The notes under the pieces were generated by a model. The model saw only the letters and a list, made by a program, of their open reading frames with translations, did no database searches and had not been told where the DNA came from. Positions 32,784 to 45,205 of a stretch of 64,000 nucleotides of DNA are shown here, piece by piece. The stretch spans positions 4,030,001-4,094,000 of the forward strand of contig CAKKNE010000005.1 of NCBI GenBank assembly GCA_918797485.1, given 5' to 3'. The DNA is from Pelagomonas calceolata. Its lineage: Eukaryota. Both the position numbers and the translations under genes were made by a program. Every line of letters begins with the position of its first letter. Positions within the stretch are counted from its first letter, which is position 1.

Positions 32784-35700
32784 CTATGCCGTCGCCTCCA
32801 AAGCCTCCTCGGCCTTCATCTTCTCGAGGACGGCCTTGTAGTCCGTGGGCATGACGCGCACGAACTTGGAGACGCTGTTGTCCCAATCGGCAAGTAGATC
32901 GGCCCCGACGGTCGACTCCGTCGCCGCGACGTGCTTCTCGATGTAGCCCTTCAATTCATCGATATCCTCACCTTCCACGGGCCCTAATTCCACCATGCCC
33001 ATGTTGCACTTGTCCGCGAAGACCCGATCGGGATCTAAGACGTACGCGATGCCGCCCGACATGCCAGCCGCGAAGTTCCGGCCCGTCTTGCCCAAACAAA
33101 CCATCCTACCACCGGTCATGTACTCGCAGCCGTGGTCCCCAACACCTTCCACGACTGCCAACGCGCCGGAGTTCCGCACGCAGAACCGCTCGCCACCGAC
33201 GCCCCGGAAGAACGCCTCGCCCGCGGTAGCGCCATAGCACGCGACGTTGCCCACAATGACGTTTTCAGAAGGGATGAAGTGCCCTCCCTCCAACTGTGTA
33301 AGATTGGGCCTCACAATGACCCGACCACCGCTCAAGCCCTTGCCGCACCCATCATTGGCATCACCTACCACTTCGATCGTGATACCAGGCGCCAAGGCAA
33401 ACCCTAGTGATTGGCCCGACGACCCTTCCAATTTGATCCTGACAGCGTCGTCAGGTAAACCAGGCTTGCCGCAGGCCTTCGACACTTTCGCACTGAGCAT
33501 CGTGCCCAGCGTCCTATCGAGGTTGTTCGTTTCTCGTTCGATGACGATCGGTTCCGCCTCACCGCCCTTGGCGTAGGTCTCGATCAGCGAATGAGCAGCA
33601 TCCATCAATTCATTGTCCGCCTTGATGCCGAGCTCGTGATCTTGGAGTTGCGTGTGGCGGTACCCAGCAGTAGGATTCAATTCTCTCGCGGATTGTAGTA
33701 AGGGAGCCAGGTCCAACCCCATGGCCTTGTCCGGCCGGCCGTTGCTCCGCAACTTCGCGGGGTCGACTTCGAGGACGTCGCCGGCCGCACCAACGAGTTC
33801 GTCCATACTCGTCATGCCTAGCGACTGGAGCGTCCGGCGCATCTCCTCGGCCAGCAGGAAGAAGAAGTTGATGACGTGCTCGGGCTGGCCCTCGAACTTC
33901 GCTCGCAGCTCGGGGTCCTGGGTCGCGATGCCGACCTGCGCGGGAACGAGGATCGATGCCGCGTCGACGCCATCGCGGCGATCGCGTCAGGTTGAGCAAA
34001 CTCTCACGGCGACGGCGTATCGTCGTCGAAAGGACGCCGCGTCCGCACGGGACAGGTATTTAAGTGGCACTTGCGCATCATGATGCACCCTAGAGCAATT
34101 AAGGGACCGGTAGACAGGGCGTACTCCTCGGCGCCGAGCGCCGCCGCGATGCAGATGTCTCTCGGGGTTTTTAATTGACCATCGGTCTGCAACCGCACGC
34201 GATCTCTCAGATCATTCAAAACTAGAGTTTGCTGCGTTTCCGCGATGCCCAACTCCCAGGGCAGGCCCGCACACTTGATGCCCGTCCAGGCCGCCGCTCC
34301 CGTGCCCCCGTCGCCGCCGGACACGACGATGTGGTCGGCCTTGGCCTTCGCGACGCCGGCGGCGATGACTCCCACACCCACTTCTGACACAAGCTTGACA
34401 CTGACCTCGCCTTCGGGGTTCGCGCACTTCAGGTCGTGGATCAACTGCGCTAGATCTTCTATCGAGTAGATGTCGTGGTGGGGTGGCGGGCTAATAAGAC
34501 CGACGCCGGGCGTCGTGCCTCGGCACTCCGCGATGTAGTCACTCACCTTGAATCCCGGGAGTTCTCCACCCTCCCCCGGTTTCGCTCCTTGCGCCATCTT
34601 GATCTGGATCTGGTCGCTGTTCGCTAGATAGTGACTCGTAACACCGAACCGTCCCGACGCGACCTGTTTTATAGAAGAACGTCTATTGTCCCCGAAGCGC
34701 ACGGGGTCCTCGCCGCCCTCGCCCGTGTTCGACTTGCCTCCCAGCGTGTTCATGGCCACGGCCAACGCCTCATGCGACTCTCTGGAGATGGATCCCAGAG
34801 ACATCGCCCCAGTGACGAACCTTTTAACGATCTCCTTCGCGGGCTCGACGTCCTCCAATCGTACGGAGGACTTATCCAACACGTCGGGCCGCCACCGCAG
34901 GACCCCTCGTAAAGTAGATTTCGCATTCACGTCGTCGACCTCGCGGCAATACGACAAAAACGTGTCCCTGCTATTCGATTTGGTAGCGGCCTGCAAGGAC
35001 ACCATGCCCATGGGCGTGTTTAGGTGCACCTCGCCCCCATTCCGGTAGTGGAACTGCCCGGGGTTGGGCAGCTGCGGCACGTCTTCGTGATTAACTCCGG
35101 TCCAGGCCCCGGCCGGGTCCGTCTGCCTCTTGGAGCCACTCCAGGCGTGGTCGTGCAAGGCCACGACGTCGCGCTGGATGGCGTCGAAGGACGCGCCGCC
35201 GATTCTGGACGGAGTGCCACTGAAGCACGTCTCGACGACGTCGGGATGTAAACCGAGGGCCTCGAAGATCTGCGCGCCCTTGTAGGATTGGAGCGTCGAA
35301 ATGCCCATCTTCGACATGACCTTGAGCAGGCCCTTCGCCAGCGCTTTTCTATAGGCTTTCCGGATCTCGGCGTCGTCCGGGACCTGTGTGGAAATCGACG
35401 AGTGAGTTAGGTTGAGCCTCCACGCCATCGAGCCGACGCGGCCGCGGGGACGACGTCGCGTCGATGGCGTGGAATCGCCACGCCATCGAGCAGACGCGTC
35501 GATGGCGTGGGGCGCCCGGAATTTGATTTCCACACTGTCCGGGACGTCGTCCGGCGAAGGGATGTCGTTGCGCATCTTCGCGTGGATCAAACCGTCGTGG
35601 CGCAGCTTGGCTAGTGCTTCGTACGCTACCCTAGGACAGACGCCGTCCGCGCCGAAGCCGACGGCCAACGCCACGTCGTGGACCTCCTTGACGTCGCCGC

Positions 35701-37897
35701 AGTCCGCGAAAAGCGCCGCCTTTCCTCTTTGCCCCGTTTTCAATAAGTGCTGGTGCACGGCACCCACCGCTAATAGAGTTGGTATGGGTAATCGGTCGGG
35801 ACCGGCTAAGGCATCACTCAAGACGATTATAGCCGCGCCGTCGCGACCATACGAACCCTGGACCGCTCGAGCCGCTCGCTCACAGAGATCCGCGAGAGCT
35901 CGTTCCAAGGCACTATCAGAACCTTGACCAAACATCTCAGGTGAAGGTGCAGGCTGATCCGCGCCGTCGCGCGCGAACGTCGCGTCGACAGTGGCAGAAG
36001 ACCAGCCATCGCGCGAACGGTCATCTTGGAGAGCAGCTAATTCTTCAGGTGTGAGCACAGGATGCTCCACGACCAACCGAGCGCAGTTGTTCTCCCCGGC
36101 ATCCAAGAGATTGGACTCAGGCCCGACCGGGCACACGAGAGACATCACGAGCTCCTCCCTGATAGGGTCGATCGGGGGATTCGTCACTTGCGCGAACAGC
36201 TGCTTGAAGTAGTCACTGACCGGTCGCGGTTCTGCAGATAAACAAGCTAAGGCAGCATCGTTGCCCATGCTCCCGAAGCCCTCCTTGCCCCCAATCGCCA
36301 TCGGAGCGAGTAACGTCTCCATCGTCTCCGTCGTGTAGCCGTGCATGACGAGGCGCCGCGCCGTCGTCTCGTCGTCGAAGACCAGCTCCTGCGGCTTCTG
36401 TTGCGAGGCCCAGTCCGACAGGTACTTCGTGTGCGTGGACAACCACTCTTGATAAGGTTTCTGGGAAGCGACCCGGTTCTTGATCTCGTCGTCGGGGATG
36501 ATGCGGCCCTCCTCCAAATCCACGAGGAACATCTTGCCCGGTTCCAGTCTGCTCCTAACTTTAATTTCTTCCGGTTTCACCCAGGGCACCACGCCGACCT
36601 CCGACGACACTAACACTCTGCCGTCGTGGGTCTCATAATAACGAGCTGGTCTCAAGCCATTTCTGTCGAGCGTCGCGCCGATCCACTTGTTACTATCCGT
36701 AAACGCAATTAACGCGGGGCCGTCCCAGGGCTCCATCAAACACGAATGGTACTCGTAGAAGGCCTTCTTCTCGTCGGTCAGTCCGTCGTTGTCCTGCCAG
36801 GCCTCCGGGACCATGATCATCGCCGCCTCGGGCAGCGACATGGCCGACTCGTTCGTGAGCAACTGGAGGACCCCGTCGAAGTTGCCCGAGTCGCTCATTT
36901 CATCCGAAGTAACTGGTAATAATTTAGCGGTATCATCACCAAGATAGGGCGACTTCAGCAGCCCTTCCCTAGCGCGCATCCAGTTCTTGTTGCCTCGCAG
37001 CGTGTTGATCTCGCCGTTGTGGCACATCTGGCGCAGCGGCTGGGCTCTGCTCCAGGACGGGAACGTGTTCGTACTGAAGCGGGAATGGACCAACGCCAAG
37101 TGCGTGTGGAAGTCGTCGCGCAGCAAATCGCCCGAAAAGTAGCCTAAGACCTGTTCGGGCGTCAGTTGGCCCTTGTACGTGATCTGGTGCGGGGACATGC
37201 TGTTGATGTACAAGACCGCATCTTCCCCGACGCCCTCGTCACTCATGATCTGGAAGTTCTCGAGCTGCGCCACGGCCTGGGCTCTATATAATTCTTGATC
37301 AAATTTCCGCGCATCCCAGCCTTGCTTCTTTGTTAAGAATAGTTGTTCTACCCTCGGTTCTGAAGCTAATGGAGCTTCTCCCAGATCACTATTGTCCGTC
37401 TCGAGGACGCGCCACCCCAAAATACCGAGGCCGCGCTGCCTAGAAGCTCTCTCTAAAGATTTCCGCGCGCGCTCGGCGTTCGCCTCATCCTGCGGCAGAA
37501 AACACATCGCGACCGCATAATCACCTTGGGCCGGTAACTCGAACCCCGAATGCTTCCTCATAAACGCGTCGGGCATCGCAACCAACATGCCCGCCCCATC
37601 ACCACTTTGAGGATCACAGCCGCACCCGCCGCGGTGCGACATCCGCACCAACATTTCGTTACAGTCCGTCAAGATCACTCGCGACGGGTTCTTGTTGATG
37701 TCCGCTACCAAACCAACGCCGCAGTTGTCCCGCTCGTGCGCGGGGTCGTACAACGCGGTGCGGCCGGGCGCCTTCGTCAAGGCCGCGAGGTGGCGCCGCG
37801 GCGCGACGGCGTAGCGCGCCGGCCGCGCCAGGGCGGCGCGCGCGCTGGCCGCCGCGTAGCGCGCCGCGCGCGACGTCCGCTGGACCGACGAACTCAT
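32784..37897 (-). CDS. gltB: Glutamate synthase (GOGAT) large/alpha subunit with organellar presequence; introns 35384-35545 and 33936-34048
   Basis: [67 protein letters not shown] (spliced), GXGXG C-terminal domain; no fused small subunit. Confidence 0.95.
35384..35545 (-). mobile_element. Introner (162-nt, in-frame, stop-free) in GOGAT
   Basis: Perfect 8-bp TSD TCCGGGAC (35376-35383, 35538-35545); TIRs CTGTGTGGAAATC / GATTTCCACACTG; two CCACGCCATCGA..TCGATGGCGTGG hairpins. Confidence 0.9.
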
Positions 37898-38358
37898 TGT
37901 TGCTGTGGCAGGCAATGTGACAGCCTTGCGTGGCCTCGCGGGCGAGCGCCCGCGTACGGCGGCTGCGCCTGTGCGCGTGCCGCGCACAAGCATCTTACCG
38001 CTGCCAGACCTAGTCTTTCGTCCTTCGTTGCTCCAGACGGCAAGGAATTAAGGCTGATGCGAGTTTGCGCAAGTCAAGGAGGCGATGATCCTCGATCAGC
38101 GTTCTGGGCCGCCCGCGGCCCCGGCAAGGATGGCTACGAGGGCCGGGACTAGATTTCGCGGGCCTTACTTTCGGGCGAAGCGTGCGGGTCCTGCAGCCCA
38201 ACAAAGTGACAAAAAGCGCCTGTGTTCACACACCAATCGCCCTCTCGGCTCGGGAGAGACATTTTGCACAACCCATTTGTGCGGTGGAGCAGTACCGATC
38301 AAAAAGAGCTAGTTTGAAACGCTCCCTGCAGCCTGCAGTGGAGTGCTGCAAACTAACC

Positions 38359-41053
38359 ATGCGCGCCACGGCACTGCTGGCCTGCGCGGCCTGGGCGCTG
38401 GCGCCGCAGCGACCACAGCGCGCCCAGCGCACGACGACCACGGCCGTCCCCAGATTGAACAACCCGAACCTCGGCAAGAACGGCGAAGTCCGCATCGAGG
38501 CGACGCCGTCCGCACGAACGGGACTGCCCATCGGCAGCGGCGAACTTGGGAGCATGGCCTTCGAGGGTGATTATGTGGTCCACTACGAACGCGGCGTCGC
38601 GAGATATGCAGGACGGGTCCAGGGCGAGCACGACTCTTCATCAAGTGAACCTCCTATCTTATTGCGGTTCGCTGATAAAACTGTAGCTCTAGAGCACGCC
38701 GAGGCCGCCCGTCTCACCAGATTGCGAGGGTCCGACGAGGTCGTGGACCTGGGCGGACCTGTCAAGTCCGAAGTGGCAACACCGACTCTGTCAAAAGCTC
38801 GCGTGCCTCCCTCCCAGAAGCCGCCCACCTTGTCCAAGTGGGCTCGACCGGACGTGTGGCACCGGAAACGCGACCGGGCCGAGGCGGCTTCGCGAGACCA
38901 CGCGCGGGAATTACTGACGATGGCGGCAGCTCGCTCGGCGAGGGAGCGCCAGCCGCTCGACGCGTTGACCGCTGCTGACGAAGCTTTGTTAGATGCAGGC
39001 CTAGGCTTCGACATGACCGCGGGGCAGCGGCGCTGCTGGCTCGACGTCGAGGAGGATTTATGTAGAAGACTCGCGCCGATGGACCGATTGGTGTTCGGGG
39101 ACGTGGGTTTTGGGAAGACGGAGATGGCCATTCGGGCCGCGCTGCTGGCGGTGCGCGGCGGGCGGCAGGTCGCGGTCGGGCGCGGCGTCCCTTTTGAACT
39201 TCGCGTCGCGGCGACGTCTCCTCGGCGGCGTGGGGGCTCCTGTGCTTGGCCGTCCGCTCTCGACGCCATCGACGCGGCATCGGCTCGATGGCGTCGAGCT
39301 GGACGGACCGTCGCGACGCCTTCGGAGAGAGACGTACACACGGTGGCGCGCGGAGAAACAACAACCAACGCGCAGTAATGACAATACAAAACCGCAGGTC
39401 CTCGCGCCCACGACGGTATTAGCAAGGCAACATTTAAATGTTTTCAGAAGAAGACTGGGCCCGCTCAACGTCTCCGTCGAACTGTTGGTCGCGCCGCGAC
39501 CCGGAGAGACGGTCGAGGAGGGCCAGCCTAATCCAAGACAAGAAGCTAGACGTGTGCGAGCGGCGGTCGCTTCCGGTGCTTGTGAGGTGTGTGTCGGCAC
39601 GCACGCTCTCCTGTCGCCGCGGCAGCCGTGGCGCAATCTGGGTCTGGCGGTCGTCGACGAGGAACAGAGGTTTGGCGTGCGGCAGAAGGAGCGCTTCAAG
39701 GCCGCTTGTGTGGATGTTGATGTTCTGACACTGTCCGCGACGCCGATCCCGAGGACATTAGGTGCGGCGTTGGCGGGCCTGCGGGACACGTCTGAATTGC
39801 CCGAAGCGCCGCCGGGTCGAGGCACGACCGCGTCCATCGTAAGAAGGGACGCGCCGGGCTTGCCCGAAGATGAAGCATTTATCACTGCTCTATTGAGGAA
39901 AGAGCTGAGCCGAGGCGGCCAGTGCTTTTACGTCGTGCCGCGCATCGCGGATATTGAGGACGCGACGGAGAGGATAGAAGACGCTTTACGGTCGTTGGAC
40001 CACCCCGCCGTTGATGACAATACTACTGTAGCGGTATCAGTAGCGCACGGCCGCGTGCCGGACGCGGGAAAAGTGGTGCAGGCCTTCTCGCAAGGTAGCA
40101 ATGAGACGAGACCCGTGTTGCTGGCGACGTCACTCGTAGAAAACGGCCTGGACCTACCGAGATGTAACACGATTGTCGTCCAGGATGCGCATATGTTCGG
40201 GCTCGCGTCGCTGCATCAGTTAAGGGGTCGGGTCGGTCGCGGGTCGGTGCCGGCCGTGGCGGTGTTCCTGCATCCTGCTGATTCCGAGAGAACGTTGGCA
40301 GCTGGCGCTCGCCTAAGAGCCGTGGCCGACGCCGACGCGTCGACGGGGCCCGAATTAGCGAGGCGGGACCTCGAAATTCGAGGTGCCGGAGCGTTGCTAG
40401 GGACGAAGCAGTCCGGCCGAGCTTCTCGCGCCGTCGGCGACGAGATGTACGCTTCTTTATTAGTGGCGGAGCTAGGAAGATTGAGAGCACTGGACGTGAA
40501 GAAGTCGCAGCAGTGCGAGTGCTTTCTACCTTTATCAAGGCGGCTGCCCACGGATGAAGCGCTCAAGGCGACGCGGACCGCCTCAACGCCGGCGGAGACG
40601 AAGAAATGTGTCAGGCAGGCCATCGATTGTGGCGTCGACGCGGGCGCGGCCAAGGCGTGCGCGAAGGTGCGGTTGTTGGAGTTACACGCCGCGCGACTGG
40701 GTATCGTGGACATCGCGTTAGAAACAAAAGAACTCAATGACCTGACGACGCCCCACGGTTTGTTAAGTGCCCCAGAGCTCGACCCCAAGACCTGGAAGCT
40801 GCTCCGGAGCGAAGTGCCGGAGGGGCCGCGCGAATCGTTCCGCTTCGACGAGTTCGCCGGAAGGATTGAATGTGTCCGGTTGGGGGCCCTATCTCCGGCG
40901 AAGCAGGTCGACTTTTTACTCGAGGCTGTTTTACATATGGTCGGCTTCCTAGATCGGGTCAACCAGGTCGCGCCCGCGCTCAAGCCCGTGGCGGTCTTGA
41001 ACGAGACCGCGGCGAACGCGACGGCGGCCGAGGAGGAGGTTTTCGCCCGATAG
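38359..41053 (+). CDS. mfd: Mfd/TRCF-like (RecG family) helicase, probably plastid-targeted; intron 39175-39397
   Basis: GDYVVHYERGV CarD/RID-like, GDVGFGKTE, spliced QVAVLAPTT, DEEQRFGV.QKE, LSATPIPRTL, QLRGRVGR, DLEIRGAG. Confidence 0.88.
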
Positions 41054-41118
41054 TGTGTTGCTCGCATAATTTCGTGTATGTTATGTTCGGGCGGAGAGCT
41101 TTGTTTTGCTAGGGACAC

Positions 41119-41140
41119 CTAGTGTCTTACCGTCCGCTAG
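41119..41140 (+). promoter_or_regulatory. Recurrent upstream motif copy CTAGTGTCTTACCGTCCGCTAG
   Basis: 21/22 identical to the copy at 49436; about 78 bp upstream of ATG 41219. Confidence 0.6.
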
Positions 41141-41218
41141 CCTGTGTGAGAGCGCCGCGTTTTGCGGGACATATTCGGCTTACACACATTGGCTGGAGGC
41201 TACAGCTGACAGAAGTGC

Positions 41219-42128
41219 ATGTCCCAGCTCGTAGATGCGACTGCTGCGCTGTCGGTGGATGACGAGCGCCCGCAGGAGTAATTCCCAGCGCCCTCCAGTC
41301 TCCGTGTTCTGTCGCATAACTCGCACAGATCGCCGCCAGGAATAGCCGCCGGACGCGTGACCCGTCGCAGGTTCGACGCCGAGCCCGGCGTACACATCAA
41401 GCTCGACAAGCGCGGCGATGGCGTCGCGCCCGTCGAGGGCGACACGGTCCAGGTTAACTACAGCGGCCGTGTGAAGGGCAAGAAGACTGAATTCGATAAG
41501 AATGACGGCGGCTACCCCTTCGAGTTCACGCTCGGCGAGCGGAAGGTCGTGGCCGGCTGGGAGTCGGCGCTGCCGAAGCTCCGCGTCGGAGATCAGGTGA
41601 CGCTTACCTTAGCGCCCGAATTTGGTTATGGAGAGGCGGGCGACTCCGACGATATACCGCCCAATGCCACACTCTGTGCATAAATCATGGCCTCCACGCC
41701 ATCGATGCGACGAGCTCGAGCGTGCACCCGACTCACTTTTTGGTTTGCGTACAGGCCACACTCATCTTCAAGGTCGAATTGGTCGGCATAAAGGACCGCA
41801 CGAAGGGCTCGGGCGAGTCCGATAGAGAGCGCCTCGCGCAATTGCGCGCCGAGCGGGAACAAGCCGCCGCTGAAGCGAAGGCCAAAAAGGAGGCGTTGAA
41901 GGCCGCCAGTGCTGACAAGCAGAACGCGCTCAAGGAGTGCGCGCCCAGCGTCTCGGACACGCGCGGCGATGGCGTGCTCTGGAGTAGTTCCGTGACGGCG
42001 TCGCCCCGCGCAGGAAATTGGCCAACAAAGGCAAAAAGGGCAAGGGCGGCGGGAAGAAGGCCTGGGCGCCCAAGGCTCCCAAGGAGAAGAAGTCTCCGAA
42101 AGCGAAGGGCAAGAAAACGCCCGCTTGA
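41219..42128 (+). CDS. FKBP-type peptidyl-prolyl isomerase with Lys-rich tail; introns 41278-41370, 41666-41754, 41937-42013
   Basis: GDTVQVNYSG, FD, PFEFTLG..KVVAGWE, LAPEFGYG, spliced IPPNATLIFKVEL. Confidence 0.85.
41666..41754 (+). mobile_element. Short introner, GC-AG intron (89 nt)
   Basis: Perfect TSD GCCACACT (41666-41673, 41755-41762); decayed TIR CTGTGCATAAATCA; CCACGCCATCGA core; GTGCACCCGA shared with the full-length copy. Confidence 0.8.
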
Positions 42129-42147
42129 GTAACGACACAGTGGATAA

Positions 42148-43470
42148 TTAAGTAGCGGCGCGGCTGAGGGCCTCCCTGACGGCATCGGCGTACGCCGCCG
42201 CCGCCTCGTCGAACGGCGTCGCCGGCTCGGAGCGCGGCGCCGCATCGGCGCGGGCGAGCGCCGCCGCCGCGGCCGCCCGGAGCGCCTGTCGCGCGAGGTC
42301 GACGTGGGCCGCGTCCGGCGGCGCGCCGTCGCAGACGCATGCCACGTCCGCCGGCCCGCGGCACGAGAGCGCCAAAGCGAGCGAAAGCGTCTCGGGCGTG
42401 GGCTCGCCCACATCATCAAAGGCCAGGGGCTTGCCCTTGTGCGCGGCGCTCGCCGCGGCGACGAGGCGCTGGATCCGCGCTTTAAGCCGCTCCAGTTCGT
42501 CTTTTGACACATCACGCATGCCCGCCCGGTCAGCCGAAAACTGCCCGACGGCCGGCAGGAAGTCGCCCTCGAGCGCCGCGAACCCGTAAGCGCCCGCGCC
42601 GGGCAGGACAAAGCCATAATCGAGCAGGAATGTCTCCGCGCGGCCGGCGGGCGGCGAGCCGGCGCCGTAGTCTATGAGGATCTCCTCATCCGCTTCTAAG
42701 TCACGGGCCGCGACTAAGCACGTGGCGAAGGGGTCCTCGGGGTCGTTTTTCAGCGGTTGCACGGCCGCGTTCGCTTGCGACCCCCCGTGGTTCACGAGGT
42801 CAATCACCGGCAACAAACGACTCCGGTCCGTCGCCGCGACGGGGCCCACGTTATCGACGGCTTCCGGTGATAAGGGAGGCGCGACGCGTCGTCTTAAAGA
42901 TCGGCTGCAGACGACGGCCGCGGCCCAACACAACTCGTCGAGATCAATTGCATTCGCTCGCGCCGCGGCTCGGAGGCCGTAGCGCATCTTTTTTACCTTT
43001 TCTGCCGCGACTGCGTCACAAGCGGCGAGGACGGGACAGTCGTCGGTGTCGCACTGCGCGATCGCGTTCGTGTACGTCACTTCGTCGAGAAACTCGAGAT
43101 AGGGCGCGAAGCGACTCTCGGCGTTCCGTTTTTCCGCACAAATCGCGGCGGCGCAGGGCAGGAACCCGAGGCCCGCCTGCACCACCTCCTGCCAGGGCAG
43201 GCCCTTCACAAAGCGCTGCAGGTCGGCCGCGTCGCTCTTCGCGAGTACTTCGACGCCCAATTGCAAGTCGCCGGGGATCCGCACGAGCGGCGTGCCCTTG
43301 GCCACCGCTTCGCTCACGAATAACCCATTCCCTCCATAGGTCGTGCGGCGGATGGCGAGGCGCGGCGAGACCGTGGCACCCTGGCTTTTGGCCCAATTAA
43401 GGAGTGCGGCGTCGGCAGCGGCACGGCTGCAGATCAGCGCGTATGCAGCGATGCGTATGAGGATGCGCAT
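42148..43470 (-). CDS. SET-domain (Rubisco LSMT-like) methyltransferase with signal peptide
   Basis: GGNGLF, WAAAVVCSRS, LLPVIDLVNH, EILIDYG, FLLDYGF. Confidence 0.85.
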   Translation of the reverse strand: MRILIRIAAYALICSRAAADAALLNWAKSQGATVSPRLAIRRTTYGGNGLFVSEAVAKGTPLVRIPGDLQLGVEVLAKSDAADLQRFVKGLPWQEVVQAGLGFLPCAAAICAEKRNAESRFAPYLEFLDEVTYTNAIAQCDTDDCPVLAACDAVAAEKVKKMRYGLRAAARANAIDLDELCWAAAVVCSRSLRRRVAPPLSPEAVDNVGPVAATDRSRLLPVIDLVNHGGSQANAAVQPLKNDPEDPFATCLVAARDLEADEEILIDYGAGSPPAGRAETFLLDYGFVLPGAGAYGFAALEGDFLPAVGQFSADRAGMRDVSKDELERLKARIQRLVAAASAAHKGKPLAFDDVGEPTPETLSLALALSCRGPADVACVCDGAPPDAAHVDLARQALRAAAAAALARADAAPRSEPATPFDEAAAAYADAVREALSRAAT

Positions 43471-43540
43471 GCTTTTGTGCACTGTCGTGATCACGGACTG
43501 CAGGCTGGATGCAGCACGACTGCAGCCTGCAGGCTTGGTG

Positions 43541-43561
43541 CTAGTGTCTTACTGTCGTTAG
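43541..43561 (+). promoter_or_regulatory. Recurrent upstream motif copy CTAGTGTCTTACTGTCGTTAG
   Basis: Divergent SET/BPL_N intergenic region. Confidence 0.55.
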
Positions 43562-43804
43562 CCGCATTCATCGCCTCGGGCGCGGCCGCGTTCTTTCACA
43601 ACAGCACACCTCCTTCTAAGCATAACCGCCTCGGCCACGCGCGTGTCCGGAGCGTGCGGGTCCTGCCGAAACGGCGCGTTGTGAAAAGGCTCTCCGGCGG
43701 GAAACAGGCGCGCGACCAGCGGCAATCTCCGGTTGCTAGCTGCCCTTGTGTTCGCAGGGTGCACAGAAGGCTGCCCCAACGCCGTCGACGCGCGCTCTAC
43801 CAGC

Positions 43805-45127
43805 ATGACACGGCGCAATGCCCTGCAAAACGACGTCCTGAAGGGCGCGAACCGCCTGCGCAACGCCGTGGCGGCGGCGCGCGGCGACCAATCGAGAGAA
43901 ACTTTATTGAGGGAGCTCGAAGCCATGCTGAAACGAGAAATCGCCGCCGAGAAGAAGACGCCCATCCCCTGCCGCCGCAAGCGCAAGCGCGAGGTGCTCC
44001 GCTTCTCCTGGGCGCCCTGCGAGAAGTTACGGGGCCTGCGCGAGGTCGCCGAGGCGCTCGGCTGCGGCGCGAAATGGACGTCGCTCGACGACGGCCGCCG
44101 CGGATTGCTCAAGGCGGTGCGGAAGCTGCGCGCATCAGCGGACACCGTCGAGCGGGCACCGGAGGGAATTAGAATAGCGTACCTGCCCGATCCGGTCAAG
44201 TCGCAGGGCGCGCCGCCCGAGCGCTACGCCGCCGCCGTGCTCGAGAGCCTTGGTGAGAGGAACGTGGCTGAGGTGTGCTCGTTATCACCAGAGGACGTCA
44301 TCCGCGGGCAGCTGACGACAGATAAATTCGACGTGCTGCTCATTCCCGGCGGGTTTGCGCAGAATACGTTGGACGCTCTAGGAAAAGCCGGAGGCGAGCG
44401 GGTCCGCGCCTTTGTCAGGAGTGGGGGCGGCTACGTCGGCATCTGCGCCGGGGCCTATTTAGGATGCAAGGGCTGGCTGGACGTCCTCCCTGAGTGTTCT
44501 GTGGTGGACTTTGAGCACTGGTGCCGCGGCCGGAGCGACGACTGCGTGCTCAAGCTCCGGGAGCCGTTTGAGCTCTTCAAGGCGCGGCCGGGCGAGGGCG
44601 CCATGTCCGTGGTGTCGCGCTACGCGAACGGGCCGCTCCTGCGCGCGACGGGTAGCGCTCGCGTCGCGGCGACCTTCGCTAGTGATTTTACCCGCAACGT
44701 GCGCAAGAAGCGCGGCGACGCCGAGGAGCTGCCGCGGGGCGTGATGCCGCGCCACGCGTCGATCGTGCTGGGCGAGAACGGCGGGCGCGTCGTGCTCATC
44801 TCGCCGCATCTGGAAGACGGGGAGCCCGCGGCGCGTCGGCTTTTGCGAGCGTGCGTGCGGTGGGCCGCGAAGACGGCGCCGCCGAAAGACGACCTGCCGC
44901 CGCCCGACGACGTCTATGGGCCAATTCGTCGCGCCTGGCTGGCATGCCGGAAATCTCGTTACGAGATCTCTGATATCGCCGAAGACAGGTCGAACGCGCT
45001 GGCGGCGCTCTGGAGGGAAGACGAGACCCGGCGGCGGCGCGCGGAGATGACGGCGGCGCGCGCGTCGTCGGCGCCACCGCGCCACCGAATCAAGAGCGCG
45101 ATCAGGAGAGCTGCTTTGGTATTGTAA
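43805..45127 (+). CDS. BPL_N / class I glutamine amidotransferase-like domain protein
   Basis: DVLLIPGG, VRAFVRSGGGYVGICAGAY, YANGP, VVLISPHLE; start uncertain. Confidence 0.75.
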   Translation: MTRRNALQNDVLKGANRLRNAVAAARGDQSRETLLRELEAMLKREIAAEKKTPIPCRRKRKREVLRFSWAPCEKLRGLREVAEALGCGAKWTSLDDGRRGLLKAVRKLRASADTVERAPEGIRIAYLPDPVKSQGAPPERYAAAVLESLGERNVAEVCSLSPEDVIRGQLTTDKFDVLLIPGGFAQNTLDALGKAGGERVRAFVRSGGGYVGICAGAYLGCKGWLDVLPECSVVDFEHWCRGRSDDCVLKLREPFELFKARPGEGAMSVVSRYANGPLLRATGSARVAATFASDFTRNVRKKRGDAEELPRGVMPRHASIVLGENGGRVVLISPHLEDGEPAARRLLRACVRWAAKTAPPKDDLPPPDDVYGPIRRAWLACRKSRYEISDIAEDRSNALAALWREDETRRRRAEMTAARASSAPPRHRIKSAIRRAALVL

Positions 45128-45205
45128 TTATGAAGTTTCGAACGAAGGTTGTTGTTAGTGCATAGCGGAGGGGCACGCGCGGGCGCGGCGAGCAGGTGGC
45201 TTCTC

